Origin: Mobula hypostoma
Lineage: Eukaryota
Direction of reading: 5' to 3'
DNA length: 64,000 nt
Assembly (NCBI RefSeq): GCF_963921235.1
Contig: NC_086101.1
Span: 36,704,001 to 36,768,000 of the forward strand
A program made the position numbers and the translations under genes. Below, in pieces: positions 26,084 through 38,347 of the stretch. The notes beneath the pieces are model-generated. The model saw only the letters and a list, made by a program, of their open reading frames with translations, searched no databases and was not told the origin of the DNA. How positions within the stretch are numbered: position 1 is the stretch's first letter; each line of letters opens with the position of its first letter.

Positions 26084-27142
26084 ATGGATTCTGCTCCTTT
26101 CAGCAATAACTTCACCAATGCGACCTGTGATGTGTACATACACTTCAAGGCAGCGAAAATAATCTTCACTTTGTTTTACGTCATTGTTTTCATGGTTGGC
26201 TTATCAGGAAACATATTAGCCCTGTATATAACTATCCAGAAACATCCAAAGATCAACTCGACCACGCTTTATTTAATCCACCTTGCAGTCTCCGATGCCC
26301 TGTTTACACTCGCTCTACCATCTCGGATTGTCTACATAGTCCGAGGGTTTGACTGGCCTCTGGGCGAGGGGCCATGCCGGATTTTTGCAGTTCTCTTCTA
26401 CATCAATACATACGCCAGCATCAATTTCATGACGTGGTTGAGCATTGACCGCTACATTGCCATGGTGCACCCTCTTCGGTTTGCCAGGTTCCGCAAGGTC
26501 CAAAATGTCAAGTATATCTGTGCCACCGTCTGGGTGTTCGTCTTCCTCCAGACTTCTCCCCTGCTCTTCATCTCGATGACAAAAGAGAACAAAGGCTTGA
26601 TAACCTGCATGGAGTACCCAAACTTTGAACGCAATCCCAACCTGCCCAAGATACTGCTCGGTGCCTGTCTCCTGGGCTACTGCCTGCCAGTGGCGATCAT
26701 TATCTTCTGCTACTTTCGAGTCAACGTGAAACTCTGCAGGATTGCGAGGGAGAACCCTTTGACTGAGAAGCTAGGTAGGAACAAGAAAGCTATCACCGTG
26801 ATTCTGATAGTTCTGTTGGCACTCCTGGTCTGCTTTACACCGTATCACATCACCATCATCCAGTACATGATCAGAAAGCTGCTGTCACCACAGAATTGCT
26901 GGCAACAGCAGGCCTTCAAAACAAGCCTGCAGGTCTCTGTTTGCTTCATGAACCTCAACTGCTGCATCGATCCACTCATCTACTTCTTTGCATTCAAGGG
27001 CTACAAGAAGAAGGTTCTGGAAATAATAAGACGCCACATTACGCTGCCTGCATTCTCATCCTCCAAGACCATCTCGGAGAACAACAGCACTCATGCCACC
27101 GTGAGTCAGATCCAAGGCTCGGGATCGGGATCTGCAAACTGA
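26084..27142 (+). CDS. GPR183: GPR183/EBI2-like oxysterol-sensing class A GPCR, 352 aa, single coding exon (orthologue vs paralogue unresolved)
   Basis: Intact ORF with seven hydrophobic segments. It has GN (TM1), LAVSD (TM2), DRY, CFTPYH (TM6) and DPLIY (TM7). GPR183-type motifs KINSTTLY, FYINTY, TCMEYPNFE, ILLGAC, NPLTEK and YFFAxKGYK are present, along with N-terminal glycosylation sequons (NFT, NAT). Confidence 0.93.
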   Translation: MDSAPFSNNFTNATCDVYIHFKAAKIIFTLFYVIVFMVGLSGNILALYITIQKHPKINSTTLYLIHLAVSDALFTLALPSRIVYIVRGFDWPLGEGPCRIFAVLFYINTYASINFMTWLSIDRYIAMVHPLRFARFRKVQNVKYICATVWVFVFLQTSPLLFISMTKENKGLITCMEYPNFERNPNLPKILLGACLLGYCLPVAIIIFCYFRVNVKLCRIARENPLTEKLGRNKKAITVILIVLLALLVCFTPYHITIIQYMIRKLLSPQNCWQQQAFKTSLQVSVCFMNLNCCIDPLIYFFAFKGYKKKVLEIIRRHITLPAFSSSKTISENNSTHATVSQIQGSGSGSAN

Positions 27143-27464
27143 CATTTGCCCAGAGTTAACCCCCAGAATATCACCCCTGGGTCAAGGGTGGCAAAGCCGA
27201 CACTGTAGCTCACTCCTCTCCGGGTGCATGGACAGGCATCTCAGGACACCTTGCTTCACGCGATGAAAGATGAGACTGAATGTATTATTCTTCCCCTCAA
27301 ATCTTGGGTGCATGTCATCCCACAGACTCCTAACCCCCTCCCTCCCATGCACTCTGCTGAAAGGTTCAGTGGGAAGGAGATGTCCTGAGTCAGGAGGTTG
27401 AATCTCTACTCCTGTAGTCCAAACACAAACTTAGGTTTAGGGGCAGTGCCAAGGGAAGGCCACA

Positions 27465-27910
27465 AGGGAGAATCACACTGCTGGTGTCAGGAGGCCAGAA
27501 CTGAGGAGAACAATACTGAAAGAGTACTTCAGTGCAGAAGGGGGAGTACTGAGGGTATGTCAGGCTGATGGAGGGACCATACCGAGGGAATAACACTCTA
27601 CGGGAGGGGTGCTACGAGAGAGAATCACAATGTAGGATGGGCAGTCCTGAGGGCATGTCACACTGTGGGAAGTTTAGTTCTGAGGGAGTTCTACACTGTG
27701 GGAGGGGTGGTACTGAGTGAGCCTCACTCTGTGGGAGGGGCAATACTGAGGGAACACCACACCACGAGAGGGGCGGTACTGTGGGAATGGTGGGATTGAA
27801 TGAGTGTTACACTATGGAGGGAGAGTACTGAGGGAGTGTTACACTGTGGGGTGTGAGTAGTACTGAGGGAGTGTTGCACTGTGGATGGGGTAATACTGAG
27901 GAAGTGTCAA
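27465..27910. repeat. Degenerate ~33-bp G-rich tandem array just downstream of the GPR183-like stop
   Basis: Recurring tactgagggagtgtt(a/g)cactgtgg(g)a(g)ggg, about 13 units. Confidence 0.85.
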
Positions 27911-28924
27911 TTGTGGTTTCTAGGATTTCTGACAGCTCCTCACACTGGTTCTGTTCTGAGACCTCACGCAGCCATTCCTCCTGGTTACCATAAATTTGTC
28001 AGTGTTGGATTTAAGATCACCAGATGATCGGAGGTGTTTTCTGAATCTCTGACTGCAGAAGTGTTACTGAAGTTATCCCAGGCAGCCCAGCTCCCAGATA
28101 CATACAGTTAGTGAATCCTCTCTCCAGACTTCAGTGTGGGCCCTTAGAGTAAACCCTTCCCACCATGGTATCAGCCTTCACCTCCCATTGGTAAAACATG
28201 ATGGACTGACTTGTGTATTTAATTGTCAATGTCTGTTCTCCCTGTGTGCAGTATTTTGTTGCTATTGCTGTGTTACTGATTAATAGAACATCTGTTGCTC
28301 ATTTTTATCTTAAATATGTGTATTGAAGGCTGTGTCTCATGTAAGAAGTAGTGGAAATTTTAGTAGATTGATATGGGACAAATGTAACATTCAAATTATA
28401 AACATTTCAGTTCAGAAGATGTGAACAGAAGTGGCTTGTGATTGTAAATGCAGTGTCAGCATGTTGTATGCGGCTTTATCTATGACATAATCACTGCTGA
28501 TGTTTGTTTCTGGGTACACTAACCGCCACACCTTGAGTGCAGTTCTGCAAAAATATCCTTCTTCTCATTGTACAAGAGTTGGAGGATTACACTGTGTATC
28601 TGTTAGCAAATTGGAAGATGCCATTAAGTGATGCAGGAGGGACACTGGAAATTTTGTCAGCCTTTTTCCCAGCTCCCGCTCTCCTCTTCATGCTGTTGAG
28701 GGATGCGAGCTTCACTGTCAAGGCCAGCGCTAGTTGCCCGTCCACAATTGCAGTTAAGAGGCTGGGCTTGAGCTGAATTCTAGAACCACTGCAGTCCGCC
28801 CTGCATAGATGCTCCGCAGTGCCTTGGGGAAGGAGTTTTCTGGGTTCGTAAGAAACCATAAGATATAGCAGCAAAAGTAGGCCATTTGATATAAGCTTTG
28901 ACACCATTACTAATCAAGATCTTA

Positions 28925-29848
28925 GTCATAGTCATAGTCATACTTCATTGATCCCAAGGGAAATTGGTTTTCATTATAGTTGCACCAACCAAGAATAGAG
29001 TATAAATATAGCAATATAAAGCTATAAATAATTAAATAGTAATATGTAAATTATGCCAGGAAATAAGTCTAGGACCAGCCTATTGGCTCAGGGTGTCTGA
29101 CCCTCCAAGGGAGGAGTTGTAAAGTTTGATGGCCACAGGCAGGAATGACTTCCTATGACGCTCTGTGTTTCATCTCGGTGGAATGAGTCTCTGGCTGAAA
29201 GTACTCCTGTGCCCAACCAGTACATTATGTAGTGGATGGGAGACATTGTCCAAGATGGCATGCAACTTGGACAGCATCCTCTTTTCAGACACCACTGTCA
29301 GAGAGTCCAGTTCCATCCCCACAACATCACTGGCCTTACGAATGAGTTTGTTGATTCTGTTGGTGTCTGCTACCCTCAGCCTGCTGCCCCAGCACACAAC
29401 AGCAAACATGATAGCACTGGCCACCACAGACTCATAGAACATCCTCAGCATCGTCTGGCAGATGTTAAAGGACCTCAGTCTCCTCAGGAAATAGAGACGG
29501 CTCTGACCCTTCTTGTAGACAGCCTCAGTGTTCTTTGACCAGTCCAGTTTATTGTCAATTCGTATCCCCAGGTATTTGTAATCCTCCACCATGTCCACAC
29601 TGACCCCCTGGATGGAAACGGGGGTCACCGGTACCTTAGCTCTCCTCAGGTCTACCACCAGCTCCTTAGTCTTTTTCACATTAAGCTGCAGATAATTCTG
29701 CTCACACCATGTGACGAAGTTTCCTACCGTAGCCCTGTACTCAGCCTCATCTCCCTTGCTAATCCATCCAACTATGGCAGAGTCATCAGAAAACTTCTGA
29801 AGATGACAAGACTCTGTGCAGTAGTTGAAGTCCAAGTTGTAAATGGTG
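28925..29848 (-). mobile_element. Rex1/Babar LINE, 5'-truncated, inserted in a CR1 3' end
   Basis: ORF 29170..29835 has HLQKFSDDSAIVG…LQLNVKKTKELVVD…YKYLG; (ctatga)n tail. Confidence 0.92.
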
Positions 29849-30159
29849 CCTCCACTTTAAATCTACCCATTGACCTGGCCTCCACAGCCATCTGTGGCAG
29901 ATTTCCACAGATCCACCAGCCTCTTTGATCCGGTGACGACGGAGAGCTGGTAATTTAATTCCACATCAGACTTGCAGGCGATGAATACCTATGTGCTTTG
30001 GCAGTAGAGCTTATGCCCCTGGGACCTGCAGTTGAAGAAGCTCTAGTGCGTAACTGAAATGAAGGGAGAAACTGGTTCAGGTGCTGGAGTCTTCAACATC
30101 AAGTACAGATTCCCTGGAGTCCCACGACTTCATTCCTCTCCTCCCTCAGCCAGAATCCC

Positions 30160-31640
30160 TGCGCGTGCACAATGAGCAATACCCGGAAGAAGTAGCAGGG
30201 ACACTCATGGACTCTGGGTGGGGAACTTAGTGACCATCGGCAAGAGTGCATTGGTAGCTGGTCAAGACCTGAAGGACACAAGGGGTTAAACTGGCTCTGT
30301 GGCAGGTAATGAGTGAACCAACACTAGAGGTAAACCTATATGCTGGCGTACGTGTGACCTGTATCGGTCCGCAATGGTACTTGCAAAAGCAGCCACCACA
30401 CAGTCGTTGTGGACACATTGAGGGCATCACATTTGAAGACAGGAAGATTGTGTCTCATGGAGCAGCTGCAGAATAGGTCTGGTTATTCAGACCTGTGTGT
30501 CTTCGAGATGCTGTGGACCTTCGCCAGCAGCAGAAATGCACAACATCTCAGTCTGAAACTTCATGGCCTGGTATACCTTTTCCTTCTGTCAAGCAGGAGA
30601 TCAAGCCTGGTTCATTGAGTGAGGAAGGACACCAGACATACCTAAAGATGAGGAATTAACACATGCTCTCAACAGCTAGATAGTACAGCAGCATTAAGAA
30701 ATCCCATGACCAATGAATGAGATCAAGGGTCTGCCATTCTGTTATACCTGCTGGTGGTGGACAGTTAAAGGTGTTGTTGGAGGAATCGCCAAGAACATCT
30801 CCATTTTCAGTGATGGTGGAGAGGTTGATGAATTGGTTGTTTATCCTGAGCTTCTCAGAGACTGATTGACCTACTCCTGAGACTTCCGCTGTCAGGGAAG
30901 CCCATCCCTAGTCATTTTGATTCACTCCACAAAAAGGGAAAGACTTTGTGATCAGACATTTGGCTATTAGAACACTACTGTCTACCTGCAGTGTGGAATA
31001 TTGAGCACAAATAATCTGCTGGAGGAACTCAGTGGGTCGAGAAGATCTGTTGGGGGGAAAGGAATTGTCAGTGTTTCAGGTTGAAGCCCTGCCCCCAGTC
31101 GGGATGCAGGGTCTTGAACTGGAACATTGACAGGTAATTACCCCCTCCCCCCGCAGATGCTACTTGACCTCTAGTAGATTGCATGTTGCTCCAATTTCCA
31201 ACATCTGCAGTCTCTTGTGTCTCCAATTTAGAATGTTGCCCAGGTAGGCTCCTGGTATCCATGGGCCTTTGCAGTGCCTCGGAGCACAGTCCGGAGTATG
31301 AATGGACCTTCTCCTCTTCCCTGGACATGTGCAGCTCCAACACCATCCAAGACCAAAGTGGAGCACTTGATGTGTTTCCTAGCCGTTTTCCTAATGTTTA
31401 TCCATTCTCTGTATCACTGGCTGCAGTGAGCACTGTCCATGGAATGCGTTGTGGTTACTCACCAAGCCTGAAGTCTTCACCTCACCACCACCCGCATCTT
31501 CCCCTCCAAGCTGCAAACCAGCGTTGTTTGGGCAGGTTGCATTGGCCCTTCATTGTTGCCAGGTCTAAATCCAGGAACTCACTCTTGGAGCATCTTCTCC
31601 ACCGCAGCGAAGACGGCTCACCCTACCCTCTCCAGCGAAA
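30160..31640 (+). mobile_element. Highly degraded ancient CR1/L2-group LINE with an embedded PLE foldback (about 30995-31225)
   Basis: Remnant of an APE-like LWVG(D)…HQ segment near 30210, and a 3' end of the type also seen at 47990-48200. Confidence 0.4.
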
Positions 31641-34099
31641 TTAGGGATGGCCATCGCACCCTGGCTGGGGATTCTGGCTGAGCCAGGCATGCGTTCTACA
31701 GTTGTGGGATGAGTACTCTCATAGGTGGGGAACGTCCAGAGGTTCCTGAAGAACAGTTGGTGTAGGAGGCAGATTCCTTAAGCGTACAGCACAAGGCAGA
31801 AAGCTCTCAGGGATACAAGGGCACGAGTTCCCTCCACTGGAGACAAATGCCCGCAAAAGCCACCCCGACCACTATTCAAGGAGTTCCCATTCTGCTGGTT
31901 GGGCCGCTGTTGGTTTTGGTTTGCACACATTTCTGGTTGTTCTGACATTACATAAACAAATCTGTTATGCAAAACAACTGCTCTGTCTGTTTTATAAGTG
32001 CAGATCTTGTGTAAGAAATGTTTTATATGCCAGCAGCTGTGACCTCTGGTAGAGGTTTTACCCGCCAGGAAATCGTGCTCAGCATTTTAACCCTGTGTGG
32101 GAGACATCTCTCCATCATATTTCGTTCTGGTGATGATGTCACCAGTGTGCCAACTGCTCGTCTCTGACACACTTGTCGAAACTGGATCGCGATCTCACGA
32201 TTATCACTTCTCAGTTGCAGTAGGGCAGGGGCAAGTCACAGAACACGCTGGGGCTGGGTCTCGAATTTGAATGAAAAGCTTTCAGCCGGGGCTCCAGACT
32301 TCATGGAACTGGAGATTGTTAACTCAGTCCAGTCCACCATGCAGACAAACCTCCAATCTACTGACTTTGGCTATGTTTCCTACTTCCCTGGGAAAGTTGT
32401 CTCTGTAATCAGAGATCCCCTCTTGTCCTGGTCATTCTCTCTTCTTCCCTCTGTCAGGCAGAAGATATAAAAACTTGGGAACACGCACCACCAGGTGCAC
32501 TCTCTCTGTAACTGCAACACTTTATTCTGCATTGTTTTCTGTTTACCACCTTGGTGTACTTACATATGGCACAATCTGCTGGATGGCACAGAAACAGAAG
32601 CTTTTCACATGTGATGGTATAAACCAATACCAATGTCAAACCTAAACAGATTCCTCCACATTCATATATAGGAACTGAATGGCAACACCAATAAGGACCA
32701 CAGTGCATCTATATGACCCCAAATGGTTGCTGTGACAACAGCCCGACTGGAATTCTGTCCCCGAATTTCCTTCATCCAGGTTCCCACCAGCCCAGGTTCC
32801 ATCACCCTTCTTGCAACCCTTGTTAACTCACATGGAGTACTGTACTGACATTAACAGTGCCAATCTTTCTCTCAGCCAGCAAGATGGGAATGAGGTGGGG
32901 GGGTGCGTGCTCTATAATCAGCCACCACCCAGAAATTAACACGCCACAGGGGAGGATCCACCAGTGTTTCCTTAATGTGAGGAAGACCCAGTTCCACAGG
33001 TCTCTGATTCAGATTAATTTATAACACACACATTGAAATGCACCATTTGTGTTAGCAACCAACACAGCCTAAGGATATTCTGGGGACAGCCCACAAGTGT
33101 TGTCACACATTCCAGTGCCAAAGTGGCATGTCCACAATGTTCACAGGGAACAATAACAACAACACAATTACTCAACAACGAAACAAAAACAGCAACAGCA
33201 AAACATGTTCCTCGTCCACCCACCCCCTACCCCAATTGCACGCACAGCGGGGTCTCCGATCCCAGACTCTCAATCTCACAGACATTAGCTCTCCAGCCTC
33301 CTGTACCTAGCCTGGAACCCCAGACTTGCAGAACCCCAACGTGCTGACCCAGGAGCTTCAGCCTTCAGGCCTTGACCTCCAGACACATTGATCTGGCCAT
33401 TGTGCTTCCTGTCTGAATGGACCTCAGGCCCCAGGGCTCGGGAACCTGGGGGATCACCAGCCCTTGTGCCTGGGGCCTGATGACCTCGGTTATTAACCAC
33501 AGAGATCGCTGGGGTTAGGACAGCAACGCAGTCTCTAATCAACACTGGCTGAGAAGTTAGTGTCTCAGCCCAAAACATCCGCCATCGCTCTGCTTCCACA
33601 GATGCTGCTTGCCCCACTGTGAGTCCCTCCAGCAGCGTGCCTTCACCCTCCAAACCCGTGTGCGCGTGTTTGACAGCCAGAACCACTCCGCGCACCTCGG
33701 ACCTTTCAAAATGACGCCGCCGCGTCTTCACCCTCCCAAAGGGGTTCACTGCGACTTCTTTCCTCCGGACATCTAACACTTTGATTCACTCCACCAGTCA
33801 TCTTGAAACCTCCAAGCCGGCCCGTCACAACCCACTCCTTTCCCATGGGCTGCGCCGCCTGCAGAGCTCAAATGAAAACGTACTGCACTTACAACCAATA
33901 GACAAAGCTGCAGACCCCAAACTGACCTTGGGGAACACCACTGTAAACCACCAGACAGTGTAAAAACCACTTCCTTCATGGAACCATTTCACTAAATGAT
34001 ATATCTCATTTGTTCTTTTACAGAGCGCTTTCATTCAATAAAGCACAATTGTAAACACAGTCTATGCAAACCGAATCTCCACAGTAACCTAAAATAGAA

Positions 34100-34635
34100 T
34101 CGTGATCGGAATCAGAATCAGGTTTAATATCACTGGTATATGTCATGATATTTGTTGACTTTACAGCAGCCGAACAATGAAATACAATGAGTTACATTAA
34201 GTATGCACACGTCTATTAAATAGTAAGTTAAAATAAGCAGTGCAAAAAAAAAACAAATTAAAAAATGTAGTAAGGTAATGTTCATGGGTTCAACGTCCAT
34301 TTAAAAATCGGATGGCAAAGGGGAAGAAGCTGTTTCTGAGTCACTGAGTGTGTGCCTTCAGGCTTCTGTACCTCCTTCCTGATGGTAACAATGAGAAGAG
34401 GGCATGTCCTGGGTGATAGGGGTCCTTAATAATGGACGCCGCCTTTCTGAGGCACCGCTCCTTGAAGACGTCTTGCATACTATGGAGGCTAGTACCCTTG
34501 ATGGAGCTGACTAACTTTACAACTCCCTGCAACTTAGTTTGAATTTGCGCAGGAGCACCGCACCCCCTCCCTAACAAACAGTGATGCCACCAGTTAGAAT
34601 GTTCTTCACTTTACATTTGCAGAAGTTTGAGTGTT
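34100..34635 (-). mobile_element. Rex1/Babar LINE 3' end
   Basis: RCLRKAASIIKDPYHPGHALFSLLPSGRRYRSL and an (attctg)n tail. Confidence 0.88.
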
Positions 34636-34754
34636 TTACTATGATTATCATATTATCAGAGTAGCAAAATCCTTTGATAAATGCGGAGTTATTATACCAG
34701 TGAAATTTAGGAAGTGGAAGACAATCTCAGTAAACTATATATGAAAAACATCTC

Positions 34755-35280
34755 AAAGTTGCTGGTGAACGCAGCAGGCCAGGCAGCATCTCTAGAAAGA
34801 GGTACAGTCGACGTTTCAGGCCGAGACCCTTCGTCAGGACTAACTGAAGGAAGAGCTAGTAAGAAATTTGAAAGCGGGAGGGGGAGGGGGAGATCCGAAA
34901 TGATAGGAGAAGTCAGGAGGGGGAGGGATGGAGCCAAGAGCTGGACAGGTGATTGGCAAAGGGGATATGAGAGGATCATGGGACAGGAGGTCCGGGGAGA
35001 AAGAAAAGGGGCGGGGGAACCCAGAGGATGGGCAAGGGGTATAGTGAGAGGGACAGAGGGAGAAAAAGGAGAGTGAGAGAAAGAATGTGTGTATAAAAAT
35101 AAATAACGGATGGGGTATGAGGGGGAGGAGGGGCATTAGCGGAAGTTAGAGACTGACGAAGGGTCTCGGCCTGAAACATCGACTGTACCTCTTCCTAGAG
35201 ATGCTGCCTGGCCTGCTGCGTTCACCAGCAACTTTGATGTGTGTTACTTGAATTTCCAGTATCTGCAGACTTCTGTTGTT
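34755..35280. mobile_element. PLE family-A foldback element (inverted long pLTR plus direct short pLTR)
   Basis: 15-bp TSD with one mismatch, tatgaa(a/t)aacatctc (34740-34754 / 35281-35295). Hammerhead motifs at 34806-34841 (-) and 35153-35184 (+). Confidence 0.9.
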
Positions 35281-35639
35281 TATGAATAACATCTCCTGAT
35301 TACCGACAGTAAATGATTTATTGGCTGCTTATTACATCTAATGTTAGCCATGCCTACTATATACCCAATGATCTATCTTCGAGAATCTTTAATTATGGAA
35401 AAAGCAAAGGACTTGGTGGAACTGATAAATAAATGATATCCTCCTGCGCCTCACTGGCGCATCATGAGGCAAACTTGCCTCTTCTTTCACTAACACGAGA
35501 GAATCGTCGGGAAATCCAAACAACACACACGAATGCTGGAGGAACTCAGGAGGCCAGTCAGCATCTATGGAATGCCAGCTCAACACGTCATAGGTGCTGT
35601 CTGGCTTGCTGAGCTCCTCCAGCATTTTGTGTGTGTCGC

Positions 35640-35793
35640 CGTTTCTTTAGCGTTCGTCAGTTTCGCGGGGCCGAGTTGCCAGCTCAACGCTCGACACAGC
35701 ACGGATGGAAAGCACGCAAGGCGCCAGCCATGTTGGAAGCCGGGACCACTTGCCTCGAAGGCCGGGGCACATGCCACTACACCATCAGCAGGC
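35640..35793 (-). mobile_element. tRNA-derived SINE, second family
   Basis: Homologous to 57757-57975 and about 42965-43120 (ggccgagttgctagctcgacgctcaacc…cacggatggaaag), with a tRNA-like head on the minus strand. Confidence 0.7.
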
Positions 35794-36468
35794 TTGGTAG
35801 AACCAATACATCCCTACAACTCTTCACCAGTGAAGCTCAGCTCTGTTGATGGGGTGAGGTGGGCAAGGCCGATGCCTCTGGCCAATGCGCCGCTGCCCCA
35901 GAGAAGGTGAAGGTGAAGTGCAGTCTGTGTGGGGAGCCGCCACAGTCCTAAAGCGTGGTTTCAGGATGTCACAAACACAAAAAATGCTGCAGGAATTCAA
36001 CGGGTCAGGCAGCATCTGTGAAGAGATAGCTGATGTTTCAGGCCGAACCCTGGTACTGGACCCCAAGAAAGGGAGTTTGTGGAGTGCCTCCGAGATGGAT
36101 TCTTAGAGCAGCTTGTACTGGAACCTACCAGGGAGAAGGCAATTCTGGATTTAGTGTTGTGTAATGAACCAGATTTGATAAGGGAACTCGAGGTAAAGGA
36201 GCCATTAGGAGGTAGTGACCATAATATGATAAGTTTTAAACTACAGTTTGAGAGGGAGAAGGGAAGATCGGAAGTGTCAGTATTGCAGTTGAACAAAGGG
36301 GACTATGGAGCCATGAGGGAGGAGCTGGCGAAAGTTGACTGGAAAGATACCCTAGCAGGGATAGAAGTGGAACAACAATGGCAGGTATTTCTGGGAATAA
36401 TACAGAAGGTGAAGGATCAATTCATTCCAAAGAGGAAGAAAGATTCTAAGGGGAGTAACGGGTGACTG

Positions 36469-38347
36469 GAATATAGCCAAGAATATAAAGGAGGATAATA
36501 AAAGCTTCTTTAGGTATGTGAAAAAGAAAAAAATTGTTAAGACCAAAATTGGGCTCTTGAAGACAGAAACGGGTGAATTTATTATGGGGAACAAGGAAAT
36601 AGCAGACGAGTTGAACAGGTACTTTGGATCTGTCTTCACTAGGGAAGACACAAACAATCTCCCAGATGTAATAGTGGCTGGAGGACCTAGGGTAACGGAG
36701 GAACTGAAGGAGATTCACATTAGGCAGAAAATGGTGTTGGATAGACTGATGGGACTGAAAGCTGATAAATCCCTAGGGCCTGATGGTCTGCACCCCAGGG
36801 TACTTAAGGAGGTGGCTCTAGAAATCGTGGACGCATTGGTAATTATTTTCCAATGTTCTATAGATTCAAGATCAGTTCCTGAGGACTGGAGGGTAGCTAA
36901 TGTTATCCCACTTTTTAAGAAAGGAGGGAGAGAGAAAACAGGGAATTATAGACCAGTTAGCCTGACATCAGTGCGGGGGAAGATGCTGGAGTCAATTATA
37001 AAGGATGAAATAGCAGCACATTTTGATAGCAGTAACAGGATCGATCCGAGTCAGCATGGATTTACAAAGGGGAAATCATGCTTGACTAATCTTCTGGAAT
37101 TTTTTGAGAATGTAACTATGAAAATGGGCAAGGGAGAGCCAGTGGATGCAGTGTACCTGGACTTTCAGAAAGCCTTTGATAAAGTCCCACATAGGAGATT
37201 AGTGGGTAAAATTAGGGCACATAGTATTGGGGGCAGAGTACTGACATGGATTGAAAATTGGCTGGCTGACAGAAAACAAAGAGTAGGGATTAACGGGTCC
37301 CTTTCGGAATGGCAGGCGGTGACCAGTGGGGTACCGCAGGGTTCAGTGCTGGGACCGCAGCTGTTTACGATATATATTAATGATTTAGATGAGGGAATTA
37401 AAAGTAACATTAGCAAATTTGCTGATGACACAAAGCTGGGTGGCAGTGTGAAATGTGAGGAGGATTTTATGAGAATGCAGGATGACTTGGACAGGCTGGG
37501 TGAGTGGGCAGATGCATGGCTGATGCAGTTTAATGTGGATAAATGTGAGGTTATCCACTTTGGTGGTAAGAACAGGAAGGCAGATTATTATATAAATGGA
37601 GTCAAGTTAGGAAAAGGGGAAGTACAACGAGATCTAGGTGTTCTTGTACATCAGTCACTGAAAGCAAGCATGCAAGTACAGCAGGCAGTGAAGAAAGCTA
37701 ATGGCATGCTGGCCTTCATAACAAGGGGAATTGAGTATAAGAGCAAAGAGGTCCTTCTGCAGTTGTACAGGGCCCTGGTGAGACCACACCTGGAGTACTG
37801 TGTGCAGTTTTGGTCTCCAAATTTGAGGAAGGACATTCTTGCTAGTGAGGGAGTGCAGTGTAGGTTCACAAGCTTAATTCCCGGGATGGCGGGACTGTCA
37901 TATGTTGAAAGATTGGAGCCACTGGGCTTGTATATTCTGGAATTTAGAAGGCTGAGAGGGGATCTTATTGAAACATATAAGATTATTAAGGGATTGGACA
38001 CGCTGGAGGTAGGAAGCATGTTCCCGCTGATGGGTGAGTCCAGAACCAGAGGCCACAGTTTAAGAATAAGGGGTAGGCCATTTAGAAAGGAGTTGAGGAA
38101 AAACTTTTTCACCCAGAGAGTGGTGGATATATGGAATGCTCTGTCCCAGAAGGCTGTGGAGGCCAAGTCTCTGGATGCTTTCAAGAAAGAGATGGATAGA
38201 GCTGTTAAAGATAGCGGAATCAAAGGTTATGGGGATAAGGCAGGAACTGGATACTGATTGTAGATGATCAGCCATGATCACAGTGAATTGTGGAGCTGGC
38301 TCAAAGGGCCGAATGGCCTACTCCTGCACCTATTGTCTATTGTCTAT
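36469..38347 (+). mobile_element. CR1 LINE of the same family, nested in the host copy
   Basis: Own (ctattgt)n tail; flanked by a tgactg duplication (36463-36468 / 38348-38353). Confidence 0.85.
36518..38257 (+). CDS. CR1 ORF2 fragment: reverse transcriptase plus C-terminal domain, uninterrupted 579 aa, 5'-truncated
   Basis: GPDG, NYRPVSLTS, QHGF, YLDFQKAFDKV, GVPQGSVLGP, FADDTK and RPHLEY motifs. Confidence 0.9.
   Translation: MKKKKIVKTKIGLLKTETGEFIMGNKEIADELNRYFGSVFTREDTNNLPDVIVAGGPRVTEELKEIHIRQKMVLDRLMGLKADKSLGPDGLHPRVLKEVALEIVDALVIIFQCSIDSRSVPEDWRVANVIPLFKKGGREKTGNYRPVSLTSVRGKMLESIIKDEIAAHFDSSNRIDPSQHGFTKGKSCLTNLLEFFENVTMKMGKGEPVDAVYLDFQKAFDKVPHRRLVGKIRAHSIGGRVLTWIENWLADRKQRVGINGSLSEWQAVTSGVPQGSVLGPQLFTIYINDLDEGIKSNISKFADDTKLGGSVKCEEDFMRMQDDLDRLGEWADAWLMQFNVDKCEVIHFGGKNRKADYYINGVKLGKGEVQRDLGVLVHQSLKASMQVQQAVKKANGMLAFITRGIEYKSKEVLLQLYRALVRPHLEYCVQFWSPNLRKDILASEGVQCRFTSLIPGMAGLSYVERLEPLGLYILEFRRLRGDLIETYKIIKGLDTLEVGSMFPLMGESRTRGHSLRIRGRPFRKELRKNFFTQRVVDIWNALSQKAVEAKSLDAFKKEMDRAVKDSGIKGYGDKAGTGY

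Noticed and set aside
34037-34042. AATAAA as the GPCR polyadenylation signal
   Set aside because: About 7 kb downstream across several transposons; unsupported without RNA data.
37165-38223. Antisense ORFs over CR1 RT, also seen over other LINEs
   Set aside because: Typical antisense shadows of LINE coding sequence.
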